A stretch of DNA of 64,000 nt from a virus, in the IMG/VR virus record IMGVR_UViG_3300037231_000129, positions 1-64,000 of that record. The stretch is one strand, 5' to 3'. Positions 57,242-64,000 of the stretch are shown piece by piece (the first letter of the stretch is position 1; every line of letters starts with the position of its first letter). The position numbers were made by a program, and so were the translations under genes. The notes under the pieces are model-generated. The model did not search any database. It was not told the origin of the DNA and worked only from the letters and a program-made list of their open reading frames with translations.

Positions 57242-58561
57242 TTAGAACTCGGATCCCGCCCAGTCTGGAGGAGGATCCCCGGCATTGCCGCTATGCCCGT
57301 TATTTTGCCCGTACAGCGGGTCTGGCGTTTTCCCCACCTGCTGACCGGCGAAATCGTCGGACCGTGCTGAGGCGCCAAAAATCTCTGCCCGCAGAACCGG
57401 ATCACGCTCGACCGCCTGCCACATAAACGAGCCTGGTTTGCTGGGATCGTATCCCCAAGCCTCTTTGAGGGCGGCATTCTGATCACTGACGAACGTGATC
57501 TTCACCATCGAGAAATCGCTGCAATGAAGGGGATCAATGCCCGGCGGTATGTCAACCAGGATCGCTGGATTACGCGAAAGATCGACCAGGTTGGCGTAAT
57601 TGTCGCGGATCAGAGCGTAGAGATCGAGCTGGCGCAGCCGTTCCTCCGACACGTTGGCCAATGTTTTCAGCGGCAAGCTGGCCCACCACCGGCTGATGTT
57701 TTCGCTGGTGGCGATTTGGCGAATTGACGCTGGATAGCCGCCTCGACGATCGCCGCGGAAGAATGGGTCCTTCGCAGCCCAGCGACAGCAGCGTGCCCAA
57801 CGATCAAGCTTGTTCTCGATGCTGGTATGTTTCATCGCCTGCTGGAGCATGATGCACTCGCCGCGGGTCGGCGTTCCCACCATCGGGATCAGCGGCGATC
57901 CTGCGATTTCGCGATTCCAGACTTCGATGATCTCGGCCGGGCTCGGCATGCGGGGTGCTGGAGGTGGCGGCTCGACCCCCGGCAGCGACGGCTCGGCGAT
58001 CGGAGCGGTGGTCGCATCCACCGGCGCTGGGCGCGCCCCCTGCCCGTCCGATGGATCGACAGGCCCTTCATGCACGAAGGAGCTCTTCGGGGGGGCCGCC
58101 GGCGAAGCCGGTGGCGGCGCGGTGGCGCAGTCCGGATCGGCCTCGAAAATTGGTCGCGCGCTCTCTTTCTCTTTCTTGTTTATTTCCTTGATTGATTCGT
58201 AGGACTCTGTGACCGGTGCAAACGTCGTTCGAGTCCAGTCGGTCCTGTCGTCGGAGTCCGTTTTCACCGGCCGGGACGTAAACCCGACGATTTGGTAAGT
58301 GCTGGCAGTGCGGCGTCCCTGCCCACTGACCAGAATTCGTAGCAGACCCATTTCGACCAATTGATCGATGGTGCGCCGGACGCTGCGCTCGTTGGCATGG
58401 ACCATCTCGGCCAGCCGGTTGATCGTTGGATAACTGATGCCCTGGCAATTGGCGTGCTGACCAAAGGCTTGCAGGAGGTAACCTTGCAGCTGTGTTCGCA
58501 CCTGTTGTGCCCATGCCCATTGAGCGCCCGCTACGTTGACGTAAGTCGTGGTGCAGCTCAT
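57242..58561 (-). CDS. phage replication initiator-like protein with N-terminal winged HTH
   Basis: GISYPTINRLAEM...ERSVRRTIDQL; directly upstream of the helicase. Confidence 0.75.
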   Translation of the reverse strand: MSCTTTYVNVAGAQWAWAQQVRTQLQGYLLQAFGQHANCQGISYPTINRLAEMVHANERSVRRTIDQLVEMGLLRILVSGQGRRTASTYQIVGFTSRPVKTDSDDRTDWTRTTFAPVTESYESIKEINKKEKESARPIFEADPDCATAPPPASPAAPPKSSFVHEGPVDPSDGQGARPAPVDATTAPIAEPSLPGVEPPPPAPRMPSPAEIIEVWNREIAGSPLIPMVGTPTRGECIMLQQAMKHTSIENKLDRWARCCRWAAKDPFFRGDRRGGYPASIRQIATSENISRWWASLPLKTLANVSEERLRQLDLYALIRDNYANLVDLSRNPAILVDIPPGIDPLHCSDFSMVKITFVSDQNAALKEAWGYDPSKPGSFMWQAVERDPVLRAEIFGASARSDDFAGQQVGKTPDPLYGQNNGHSGNAGDPPPDWAGSEF

Positions 58562-58929
58562 GGGACGAGCTCCTCGCTTGAGGAGTCGGGTGGAAAACCG
58601 ATTATTTGGTAGATGATGATTTGCTCCGCGTCGCCGCGGCGCTCACCCGTATCGGCAATAAAGTTGCCGGCTATGAGACGTTCTGGAATTCTGGTGAGAG
58701 TTTTCTCGCTCACATTTGTGACGCTGCCTAGCATCTGGTTTTTATCCGGTGCGCTGATGCCATTTTCATCGGCCCAAGAAGCGAGGCTGAAAAGGATGAA
58801 TTTTTCCTTGTGATTGCCCGGTTGCTTGGGAATTACGTATGCTATCGCATCTGCGTTGATCGGACGTTCCTTAGCAGGGAGTGCCAAAATGGCTGTTTGG
58901 TCCACGTTCATGTTCCGCCCCTTCATCAC
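58558..58929 (-). CDS. winged-HTH protein related to the initiator N-terminus
   Basis: KFILFSLASWADENGISAP...SEKTL...YQIIGF. Confidence 0.6.
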   Translation of the reverse strand: MMKGRNMNVDQTAILALPAKERPINADAIAYVIPKQPGNHKEKFILFSLASWADENGISAPDKNQMLGSVTNVSEKTLTRIPERLIAGNFIADTGERRGDAEQIIIYQIIGFPPDSSSEELVP

Positions 58930-59207
58930 AATCGATTTGCGACGCGGCGTGAAACTGAAACGAGGGCTTGCAGCCCAGACATATAACCACTAATTTGCCA
59001 GACGAGGTCATGGCAGACCAGGTGCTTCAACGCGGACGAGGGCCCGCGAAGTGTCTGAGCGTCGAATCCGTCGCCACGGTTTCCCGCTTCGTCAGTCAAG
59101 TCAGGGGCGGTCGGGTTAGCTGGCCGACCGCCCCACCTCTTCATCAAACTCCAGACTGTAATCAGCGAGTCCCAATCACGCAATATCCATGATTCCAGCT
59201 GCGACAC
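58926..59207 (-). CDS. hypothetical protein
   Basis: Coupled ORF; weak support. Confidence 0.35.
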   Translation of the reverse strand: MSQLESWILRDWDSLITVWSLMKRWGGRPANPTAPDLTDEAGNRGDGFDAQTLRGPSSALKHLVCHDLVWQISGYMSGLQALVSVSRRVANRL

Positions 59208-59400
59208 ATTTGCTGTATTTTCAATACCTAAACGATTCCAGTCGCTTGATCGCCAGAGTCGGCATCACCATATCTATTGGGCAATAACCACACGCAAAAA
59301 TTTACCACCGGGACTCGGTTTTTTGTGCCGATCCATAGAACGGCCGGTCTGCATGCACGCATGCGAATCGTCTGTGTTCCCGTTTTGAACGTGGTTTTCA

Positions 59401-59484
59401 TATCCGAAACCGCTCCGTGGCCGTGCCTCCCTCCCATGACCACGGGACGATCCGCCGGCGATCAAGCCGGCACTGATGAGGATA
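59401..59484 (+). ncRNA. type II hammerhead-like element with canonical CUGAUGA/GAAA core (C1)
   Basis: TATCC GAAA [imperfect stem III, CCGTGG/CCACGG] TC C GCCGGC/GCCGGC A CTGATGA GGATA. Confidence 0.7.
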
Positions 59485-59488
59485 CCCC

Positions 59489-59722
59489 ATGACAACACGC
59501 ATCCCGCAGGTCGTTCTGGACGCTTACGTCGCGCGTTGGTCGCATCTCGGGATATTGGCCGGGAAGGTCAATGATCCTGCTGTCACCGGCCTGCGCGCCG
59601 CACGCACATTCGCCCAGACGGTTTGCTGTCTCGAATCACCTCCCACGGTCACCATCAACCAGGTTCGCGGGCTTGCCCGCGTGGCCAATGGCGAACCCTG
59701 GGAAGCGATCCCCGACGTTTGA
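59489..59722 (+). CDS. hypothetical protein (array gene)
   Basis: GAGGA RBS from the element. Confidence 0.7.
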   Translation: MTTRIPQVVLDAYVARWSHLGILAGKVNDPAVTGLRAARTFAQTVCCLESPPTVTINQVRGLARVANGEPWEAIPDV

Positions 59723-59775
59723 AACCCCGGCCCGCCGGGTTCCCGGCGCAATCTGGCGCCGGACTGATGAGGAAC
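59721..59775 (+). ncRNA. hammerhead-like element C2
   Basis: GAAA C CCCGG/CCGGG TT C CCGGCGC/GCGCCGG A CTGATGA GG; stem II weak. Confidence 0.55.
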
Positions 59776-59780
59776 ACCCC

Positions 59781-60026
59781 ATGCCACCAAGAAGACGCGT
59801 TGAATGGCTCGCGGCGAAAGCCGAGGGTCAATGCAACGACGTGCCCTACGACACCGAGCTGGTGAACAGCAACGGCGTCTCCATCCATTTTTGGCTGGGC
59901 GACCGTGAACCCACCGACGAACTGCTCGACGATCTCTCACGACGTGCCTGCAATCGGCGGGACATCGTGCGGATCCAATTCTCCGAGGGTCAGCCCACCG
60001 GCTTCTGGGCTCACTCCGATTTCTGA
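59781..60026 (+). CDS. hypothetical protein (array gene)
   Basis: GAGGAACACCCC-ATG. Confidence 0.7.
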   Translation: MPPRRRVEWLAAKAEGQCNDVPYDTELVNSNGVSIHFWLGDREPTDELLDDLSRRACNRRDIVRIQFSEGQPTGFWAHSDF

Positions 60027-60027
60027 C

Positions 60028-60082
60028 GAAACCCCGGCTCAGCCGGGTTTCCGGCGCAATCCTGCGTCGGGCTGATGAAAGG
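60028..60082 (+). ncRNA. hammerhead-like element C3
   Basis: GAAA C CCCGGC/GCCGGG TT TCCGGCGC/GCGTCGGG CTGATGA; stem II poor. Confidence 0.5.
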
Positions 60083-60088
60083 AATCAC

Positions 60089-60601
60089 ATGCCCCTTACC
60101 GTCCTTCGCGACGGTGCAGCACCGGTCATTCTTTCCAACCGGACTGTCTTTGATCAACTTCCCGACGAGATTGACGTAGCCGAGCTGATGAGCTCGATCC
60201 GCGCCGGCGACACCGTGCCCGTTACCTTACGGGAGATCGGTGCTGTCCGGCTGACGTCGCCAGGCATGGTGCCAACGCTGGATTACAATCCGCCCCAGCA
60301 ATCGTTGGCTCTGTCCACGGCGCATCCCATGCCCGTGGATCGGCCGTTCGAACTCGAATGCCGGATCCTGGTTCCAATCGATGCCATGATCAATTGCCAT
60401 GCCCCCTCCAAAAAGGAGGCTATGGAATTGGCCAACAAGGTTTTCGATGGTGTCAGGCAGGCGCCTTCGAGTTTCCAGGTGGTGGTGAACCGCGATGATA
60501 TAGCGGAAATCTTCCACGATCTGGAGAACGGCATGTCGCGCAGACGCTTCGACCTGATTGGCGCCCACAACCTGGTGGTCAATCGAACGGAAGAACGATG
60601 A
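60089..60601 (+). CDS. hypothetical protein (array gene)
   Basis: AAAGGA RBS. Confidence 0.7.
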   Translation: MPLTVLRDGAAPVILSNRTVFDQLPDEIDVAELMSSIRAGDTVPVTLREIGAVRLTSPGMVPTLDYNPPQQSLALSTAHPMPVDRPFELECRILVPIDAMINCHAPSKKEAMELANKVFDGVRQAPSSFQVVVNRDDIAEIFHDLENGMSRRRFDLIGAHNLVVNRTEER

Positions 60602-60614
60602 AAGAATCCAGCCC

Positions 60615-61190
60615 ATGGCAAATCTGACTGTTTACCGCCAGCAAGAGCCACCGTTTTCAATGACGATGGCCAACTGCCTGGCGGCCGCTGCCACCCAGGA
60701 AGACACCGATCTGATTGCCCTGTCCATGCGCACCAAGCGCCCTGCTCTGGTGGGCCTCGACAGCCGGTCGTCGATCATTCTACCCGGTGGAGACCTCGAC
60801 GGACGTACCACGTTCGAAGATCTCTACGACACCTGCCTGACATTGGTCGACCTGCAGCACATGCGGGAGGCCAATGTTAGCAACCCTGAGGATGTGCCAC
60901 TGCGAGCCTACAGGCTCGAAGTGTTGTTTGCGATCGATGGCACCTGCCAAATACCGATTGCTCTTCTCGCCAGTTCTATCGGCGATGCACGCCCCCGTTT
61001 GCGTACTCTCCTCGCCAAGGATGTTATGTTCCGCGAAGCCCTGTTTGACGCTGTCATTCAGGCTATCGACCGGAACTTTCGGGCTGAGGAGGATATCGTA
61101 TTCCGGGTGCGGGAGAGCAGCATGGACGATCGCTCCATCATCCCGCCCCTGCTCCCAGGGGCCGGGCCAGAGTGGCGCATTCTTGAGTAA
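60615..61190 (+). CDS. hypothetical protein
   Basis: ORF without a preceding element. Confidence 0.65.
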   Translation: MANLTVYRQQEPPFSMTMANCLAAAATQEDTDLIALSMRTKRPALVGLDSRSSIILPGGDLDGRTTFEDLYDTCLTLVDLQHMREANVSNPEDVPLRAYRLEVLFAIDGTCQIPIALLASSIGDARPRLRTLLAKDVMFREALFDAVIQAIDRNFRAEEDIVFRVRESSMDDRSIIPPLLPGAGPEWRILE

Positions 61191-61192
61191 GT

Positions 61193-61253
61193 GAAAACCC
61201 CGTAGCGGATACCGCCGCGGGGTTTTGCTTGCATTCAGCAAGCATTGATAAGG
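61193..61253 (+). ncRNA. hammerhead-like element B3 (A15.1-U16.1, UUGAUAA core)
   Basis: GAA AACCCCG/CGGGGTT T TGCTTGC/GCAAGCA TTGATAA GG; stem II weak. Confidence 0.55.
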
Positions 61254-61263
61254 AACACACCCA

Positions 61264-61506
61264 ATGTCTGACGAACCCAAGATCCTTGACGGGATCGCTA
61301 TGCCCCCGATCCACCCCTCGATCACCATGGACTTGGTTCTCGAAGCCATGGATCGCTCACCAAGCGAGACAGACGCCCTCGGCTTCTGCCTGGCGTGTGG
61401 CGAGAGCGTGCGAGAGATCGCTACGAGCACCAGGCGCGAGACATGCGGCTTCTGCGGTTGCCCTGCCGTCTTCGGCGCCGAGGAAATCATGTTCATTCTC
61501 GCCTGA
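61264..61506 (+). CDS. zinc-finger phage protein
   Basis: GFCLACG...CGFCG...VFGAEE. Confidence 0.75.
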   Translation: MSDEPKILDGIAMPPIHPSITMDLVLEAMDRSPSETDALGFCLACGESVREIATSTRRETCGFCGCPAVFGAEEIMFILA

Positions 61507-61557
61507 TCCGAACCTGGGCCACGCCCGGGCGCGGGCATTTCGCCCGCTTGAAAAGGA
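61507..61557 (+). ncRNA. hammerhead-like element B4
   Basis: TCC GAA CCTGGGC/GCCCGGG C GCGGGC/GCCCGC TTGAAAA GGA. Confidence 0.62.
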
Positions 61558-61564
61558 ACACCCC

Positions 61565-61810
61565 ATGTCGAAAACCGCTCAGGAGATCCTGGATGCCCTG
61601 CCCCTGCCGCCGATCCATTCGAGCGTCACGCCCGAGCGGCTCACCGAGGCGCTCACCCGCTATCAGCAGACCTTGGATAACCCAGGGTTTTGTTTGAGTT
61701 GCGGCGCCGAGGCCGAGGGCTGCGAACCCGATGCCCGTCGCTACCACTGCGACGAGTGCGGACAGCCCGCCGTCTTCGGCGCCGAGGAACTCGTGCTGAT
61801 GACGATGTAG
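61565..61810 (+). CDS. zinc-finger phage protein, paralog of the previous gene
   Basis: GFCLSCG..EPDARRYHCDECG..VFGAEE. Confidence 0.8.
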   Translation: MSKTAQEILDALPLPPIHSSVTPERLTEALTRYQQTLDNPGFCLSCGAEAEGCEPDARRYHCDECGQPAVFGAEELVLMTM

Positions 61811-61819
61811 GAGGCAGCC

Positions 61820-62041
61820 ATGGCAGCGCGTCTCTGGAATCCTCACATTGGCACCCTGAAAGGCGGCCTACATCATAGTGTGGCCTACATCATTCAGATG
61901 CGGGTGCCACGCGATGAAGGCTATGGCTCGCCCATGGTCGCCCTGTCCGATTACACCACTTCCCGCCGTACGGCGGATAGCTGGTTGGCGGATGCTCGGG
62001 TGAAGGCCGGCCGCTATCTCAGGGATACCCGAAACAAATAA
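61820..62041 (+). CDS. hypothetical protein
   Basis: AGGAGG RBS. Confidence 0.65.
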   Translation: MAARLWNPHIGTLKGGLHHSVAYIIQMRVPRDEGYGSPMVALSDYTTSRRTADSWLADARVKAGRYLRDTRNK

Positions 62042-62090
62042 CCGAACCCGGGCTACACCCGGGTGCGAGCATCCCGCTCGCTTGAAAAGG
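62042..62090 (+). ncRNA. hammerhead-like element B5
   Basis: CC GAA CCCGGG/CCCGGG T GCGAGC/GCTCGC TTGAAAA GG. Confidence 0.6.
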
Positions 62091-62099
62091 AAACACCCC

Positions 62100-62693
62100 A
62101 TGGCTTCCTATCGTGAACTCGCGGCCGCCATCGAGGCGCTCTGCCGCGCTATTCGTGCTCGAACGATATCGCCTGCCTCGGCGTTGCTCACGTCATGTGA
62201 AGCGCTTGCCGCGGCCGCTCGCCGTGGCATCGTTGCTCAATCGCCCTGGACGCCCTTCGAGCCAGCGACAGCGCCGCCGATCTCCGAACGGGCACTGCAG
62301 CTCACCGCTGAAAGACTGAACCTGCCCCTTGAGGACGTCCGTCGTGAGTTGACCGACGAAATCCAGGGACCGCAGATCTTCATCAACAGCCGCTACCAGG
62401 TCGCCATGCGGCTTTGGGAACCCGGCGTCATGTATCTGTCGATCAAGCGTCTGGACCAGCAACCCATCCGGTCCTGGCGCGACCTGCAGCGGATCAAGAC
62501 CGAACTGGTTGGCCCCGAAAACGAAGGGGTCGAACTGTTCCCCGCGGAATCGCGGCTCATCGATCGGGCCAACCAGTTCCACCTGTTCATTTTGACCGAT
62601 CCAGCGGCGCGGTTCCCGTTCGGTTACAAGCACACCCGCGACGTCGGCCCTCCCGTTGGCCTTGGCGAGGCGCAGGAACCATTCGAGGCATAA
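62100..62693 (+). CDS. conserved phage protein (DUF7694-like C-terminus)
   Basis: LSIKRLD..WRDLQRIK.ELVGPE.E.VELFPAESRL.D.ANQFHL; family name tentative. Confidence 0.7.
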   Translation: MASYRELAAAIEALCRAIRARTISPASALLTSCEALAAAARRGIVAQSPWTPFEPATAPPISERALQLTAERLNLPLEDVRRELTDEIQGPQIFINSRYQVAMRLWEPGVMYLSIKRLDQQPIRSWRDLQRIKTELVGPENEGVELFPAESRLIDRANQFHLFILTDPAARFPFGYKHTRDVGPPVGLGEAQEPFEA

Positions 62694-62694
62694 T

Positions 62695-62739
62695 CCGAAC
62701 CCCTTCGGGGGTGCGAGCAATCAAGCTCGCTTGAAAAGG
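62695..62739 (+). ncRNA. hammerhead-like element B6
   Basis: CC GAA CCCC-TTCG-GGGG T GCGAGC/GCTCGC TTGAAAA GG. Confidence 0.6.
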
Positions 62740-62747
62740 CTACACCC

Positions 62748-62950
62748 ATGTCGAGGCACCCTCAATTCAGAATGGGATTTAAGACCGGCAACAATGCTTT
62801 CGATTACGGTCTGGGCATCCTGGAATCCATCGCATTTTGACCGAGATCAACGCCAAAATCGCTGATGGCGATCGAATAGGTAAGATCATGGACAGCAACG
62901 GCAATTCCATCGGCCAGTGGTCACTGGAATTGCCGGACGATAAAGATTGA
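62748..62950 (+). pseudogene. frameshifted small phage gene (FKTGNNAF... / RILTEINAKIADG..GKIMDSNGNSIGQW)
   Basis: The first frame stops after 30 aa; the continuation is in another frame near 62830. Confidence 0.6.
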
Positions 62951-62951
62951 G

Positions 62952-63003
62952 CCGAACCCGCGGCGCAAGCCCGGGCGCGAGCGATCAAGCTCGCTTGATA
63001 AGG
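62952..63003 (+). ncRNA. hammerhead-like element B7
   Basis: CC GAA CCCG.GGC-GCAA-GCC CGGG C GCGAGC/GCTCGC TTGATAA GG. Confidence 0.62.
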
Positions 63004-63012
63004 AAACACCCA

Positions 63013-63447
63013 ATGGGATACACACATTTTTGGTTTGCACCCGAAGCAATCAGACCCCGCATCTGGTGGGTCGTGATGGCCGACGCGCTTAAGTTGGTGG
63101 AAGCATTCCCAGGCCCTGGTGGCCTCTGCATGGGCATCGAGAACCAAGCCCAGCGAGCCTTCGTCTCACGCGAGGAAATCCGCTTCAATGGCGGACCAGG
63201 CGCGCAGGCGGAGGATTTCAGGCTCACCCGGGAAGCCGGCAAACGGTATAGCTCCTGCAAGACCCAGCATCAGCCCTATGAACGGCTGGTCTGTGCTATA
63301 CTTGCCTCCACCGCTGATCGTACTCGGCTCATTCGCGTCACCAGCGATGGCAATCATCACGATTGGTTACCATATATAGAGTGGGCGTCCACGGTGTTGC
63401 GGCGTCCACTCCCGATGCCGATCCATACCAACGAAATCACAGGGTAA
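63013..63447 (+). CDS. conserved phage protein (MGYTH.W...IRFNG...CKT..PY...V.SDG)
   Basis: Shared leader; recognisable motif pattern. Confidence 0.75.
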   Translation: MGYTHFWFAPEAIRPRIWWVVMADALKLVEAFPGPGGLCMGIENQAQRAFVSREEIRFNGGPGAQAEDFRLTREAGKRYSSCKTQHQPYERLVCAILASTADRTRLIRVTSDGNHHDWLPYIEWASTVLRRPLPMPIHTNEITG

Positions 63448-63505
63448 CGAACCCCACCGCCCGGTGGGGACGCCGGCGATCAAGCCGGCACTGAGGAGTA
63501 ACCCT
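63441..63505 (+). ncRNA. hammerhead-like element C4 (CUGAGGA core, C15.1-G16.1)
   Basis: AGGGTAAC GAA CCCCACC/GGTGGGG A C GCCGGC/GCCGGC A CTGAGGA GTAACCCT. Confidence 0.68.
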
Positions 63506-64000
63506 ATGGCAGATCTCGACATTATCGAACTCATGCGGAGCCCGCTGACCCAAAGCGGGAAATCCTCGAACTTCCTGCGCCTGGTGCTGTCCGAAGCCGC
63601 AAGCTACGGCATGCCGGCGCAGGTGGTTGCTACACTCGACGACATAGCGGCGATGCTCGGCTACTACCGGCCCCTGCCAGAGGGGCAGGCCGTGCATCTG
63701 GCGGGTCCTCTTGTGCAATGGCGTACCGACCGGCAACAGCCGGTGCTGGAACGCATCACGGAAATCGAAGGCCTGGCGCTCAAACAGCGTGCCCTCGTTG
63801 CTTTCGGCGGCGCACCACCCGACCACCGGGTAGGCACCGCGGAGATCATCGTCGCGCTGTCCAACTGCCATAAGAGCTTCATGCCAAAGCCCTATTATGA
63901 GATTTGGGCATGGGCTTGTACCACCGTCATGGCGCATCTGACCGGCGAAAACCCCGAGAAGATCCGCAAGACGAATGAGTGGCCGCAAGTTTTCGACAAC
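63506..64000 (+). CDS. hypothetical protein, runs off the right edge (MADLDIIELMRSPL...)
   Basis: Hand-translated open frame; GAGGAG RBS. Confidence 0.7.
   Translation, partial: MADLDIIELMRSPLTQSGKSSNFLRLVLSEAASYGMPAQVVATLDDIAAMLGYYRPLPEGQAVHLAGPLVQWRTDRQQPVLERITEIEGLALKQRALVAFGGAPPDHRVGTAEIIVALSNCHKSFMPKPYYEIWAWACTTVMAHLTGENPEKIRKTNEWPQVFDN

Noticed and set aside
58160-58280. Iteron-type origin inside the initiator gene
   Set aside because: An AT/purine-skewed tract is present, but only very short GTCC repeats; not enough to call.

Overview
GC-rich segment of a large tailed dsDNA phage or prophage genome, probably infecting an alphaproteobacterium (inferred from gene style; no integrase, major capsid or tail genes seen in the window). 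On the minus strand the head/packaging genes are spread over about 46 kb: a candidate small terminase, the large terminase, portal, a 1384-aa InPase + ADP-ribosyltransferase polyvalent protein, a MuF-like head protein, an HK97/XkdF-type prohead protease with a long extension, a 1657-aa protein and a scaffold-like protein. Blocks of small genes interrupt them, some on the opposite strand (MT-A70 methyltransferase, GH108 lysin, NDK, beta-helix protein). A tRNA-Phe, a tRNA-like RNA and a replication module (HTH initiator, T7 gp4/Twinkle-type primase-helicase, VRR-NUC, DUF1643) follow. Three unannotated signals stand out. (1) Two plus-strand arrays of small genes (47-50.9 kb, 59.4-64 kb) in which almost every gene is preceded by its own hammerhead-ribozyme-like three-way junction: 17 clear copies in three core variants, with covarying stems and the RBS built into the fold. 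(2) A roughly 800-nt, densely base-paired, terminator-ended ncRNA candidate at 51.0-51.8 kb. (3) Head-associated giant proteins punctuated by hydrophobic-x-Lys motifs and shared short tags, suggesting protease-processed capsid-cargo polyproteins. All family calls come from motif recognition by eye; no searches or folding programs were run.
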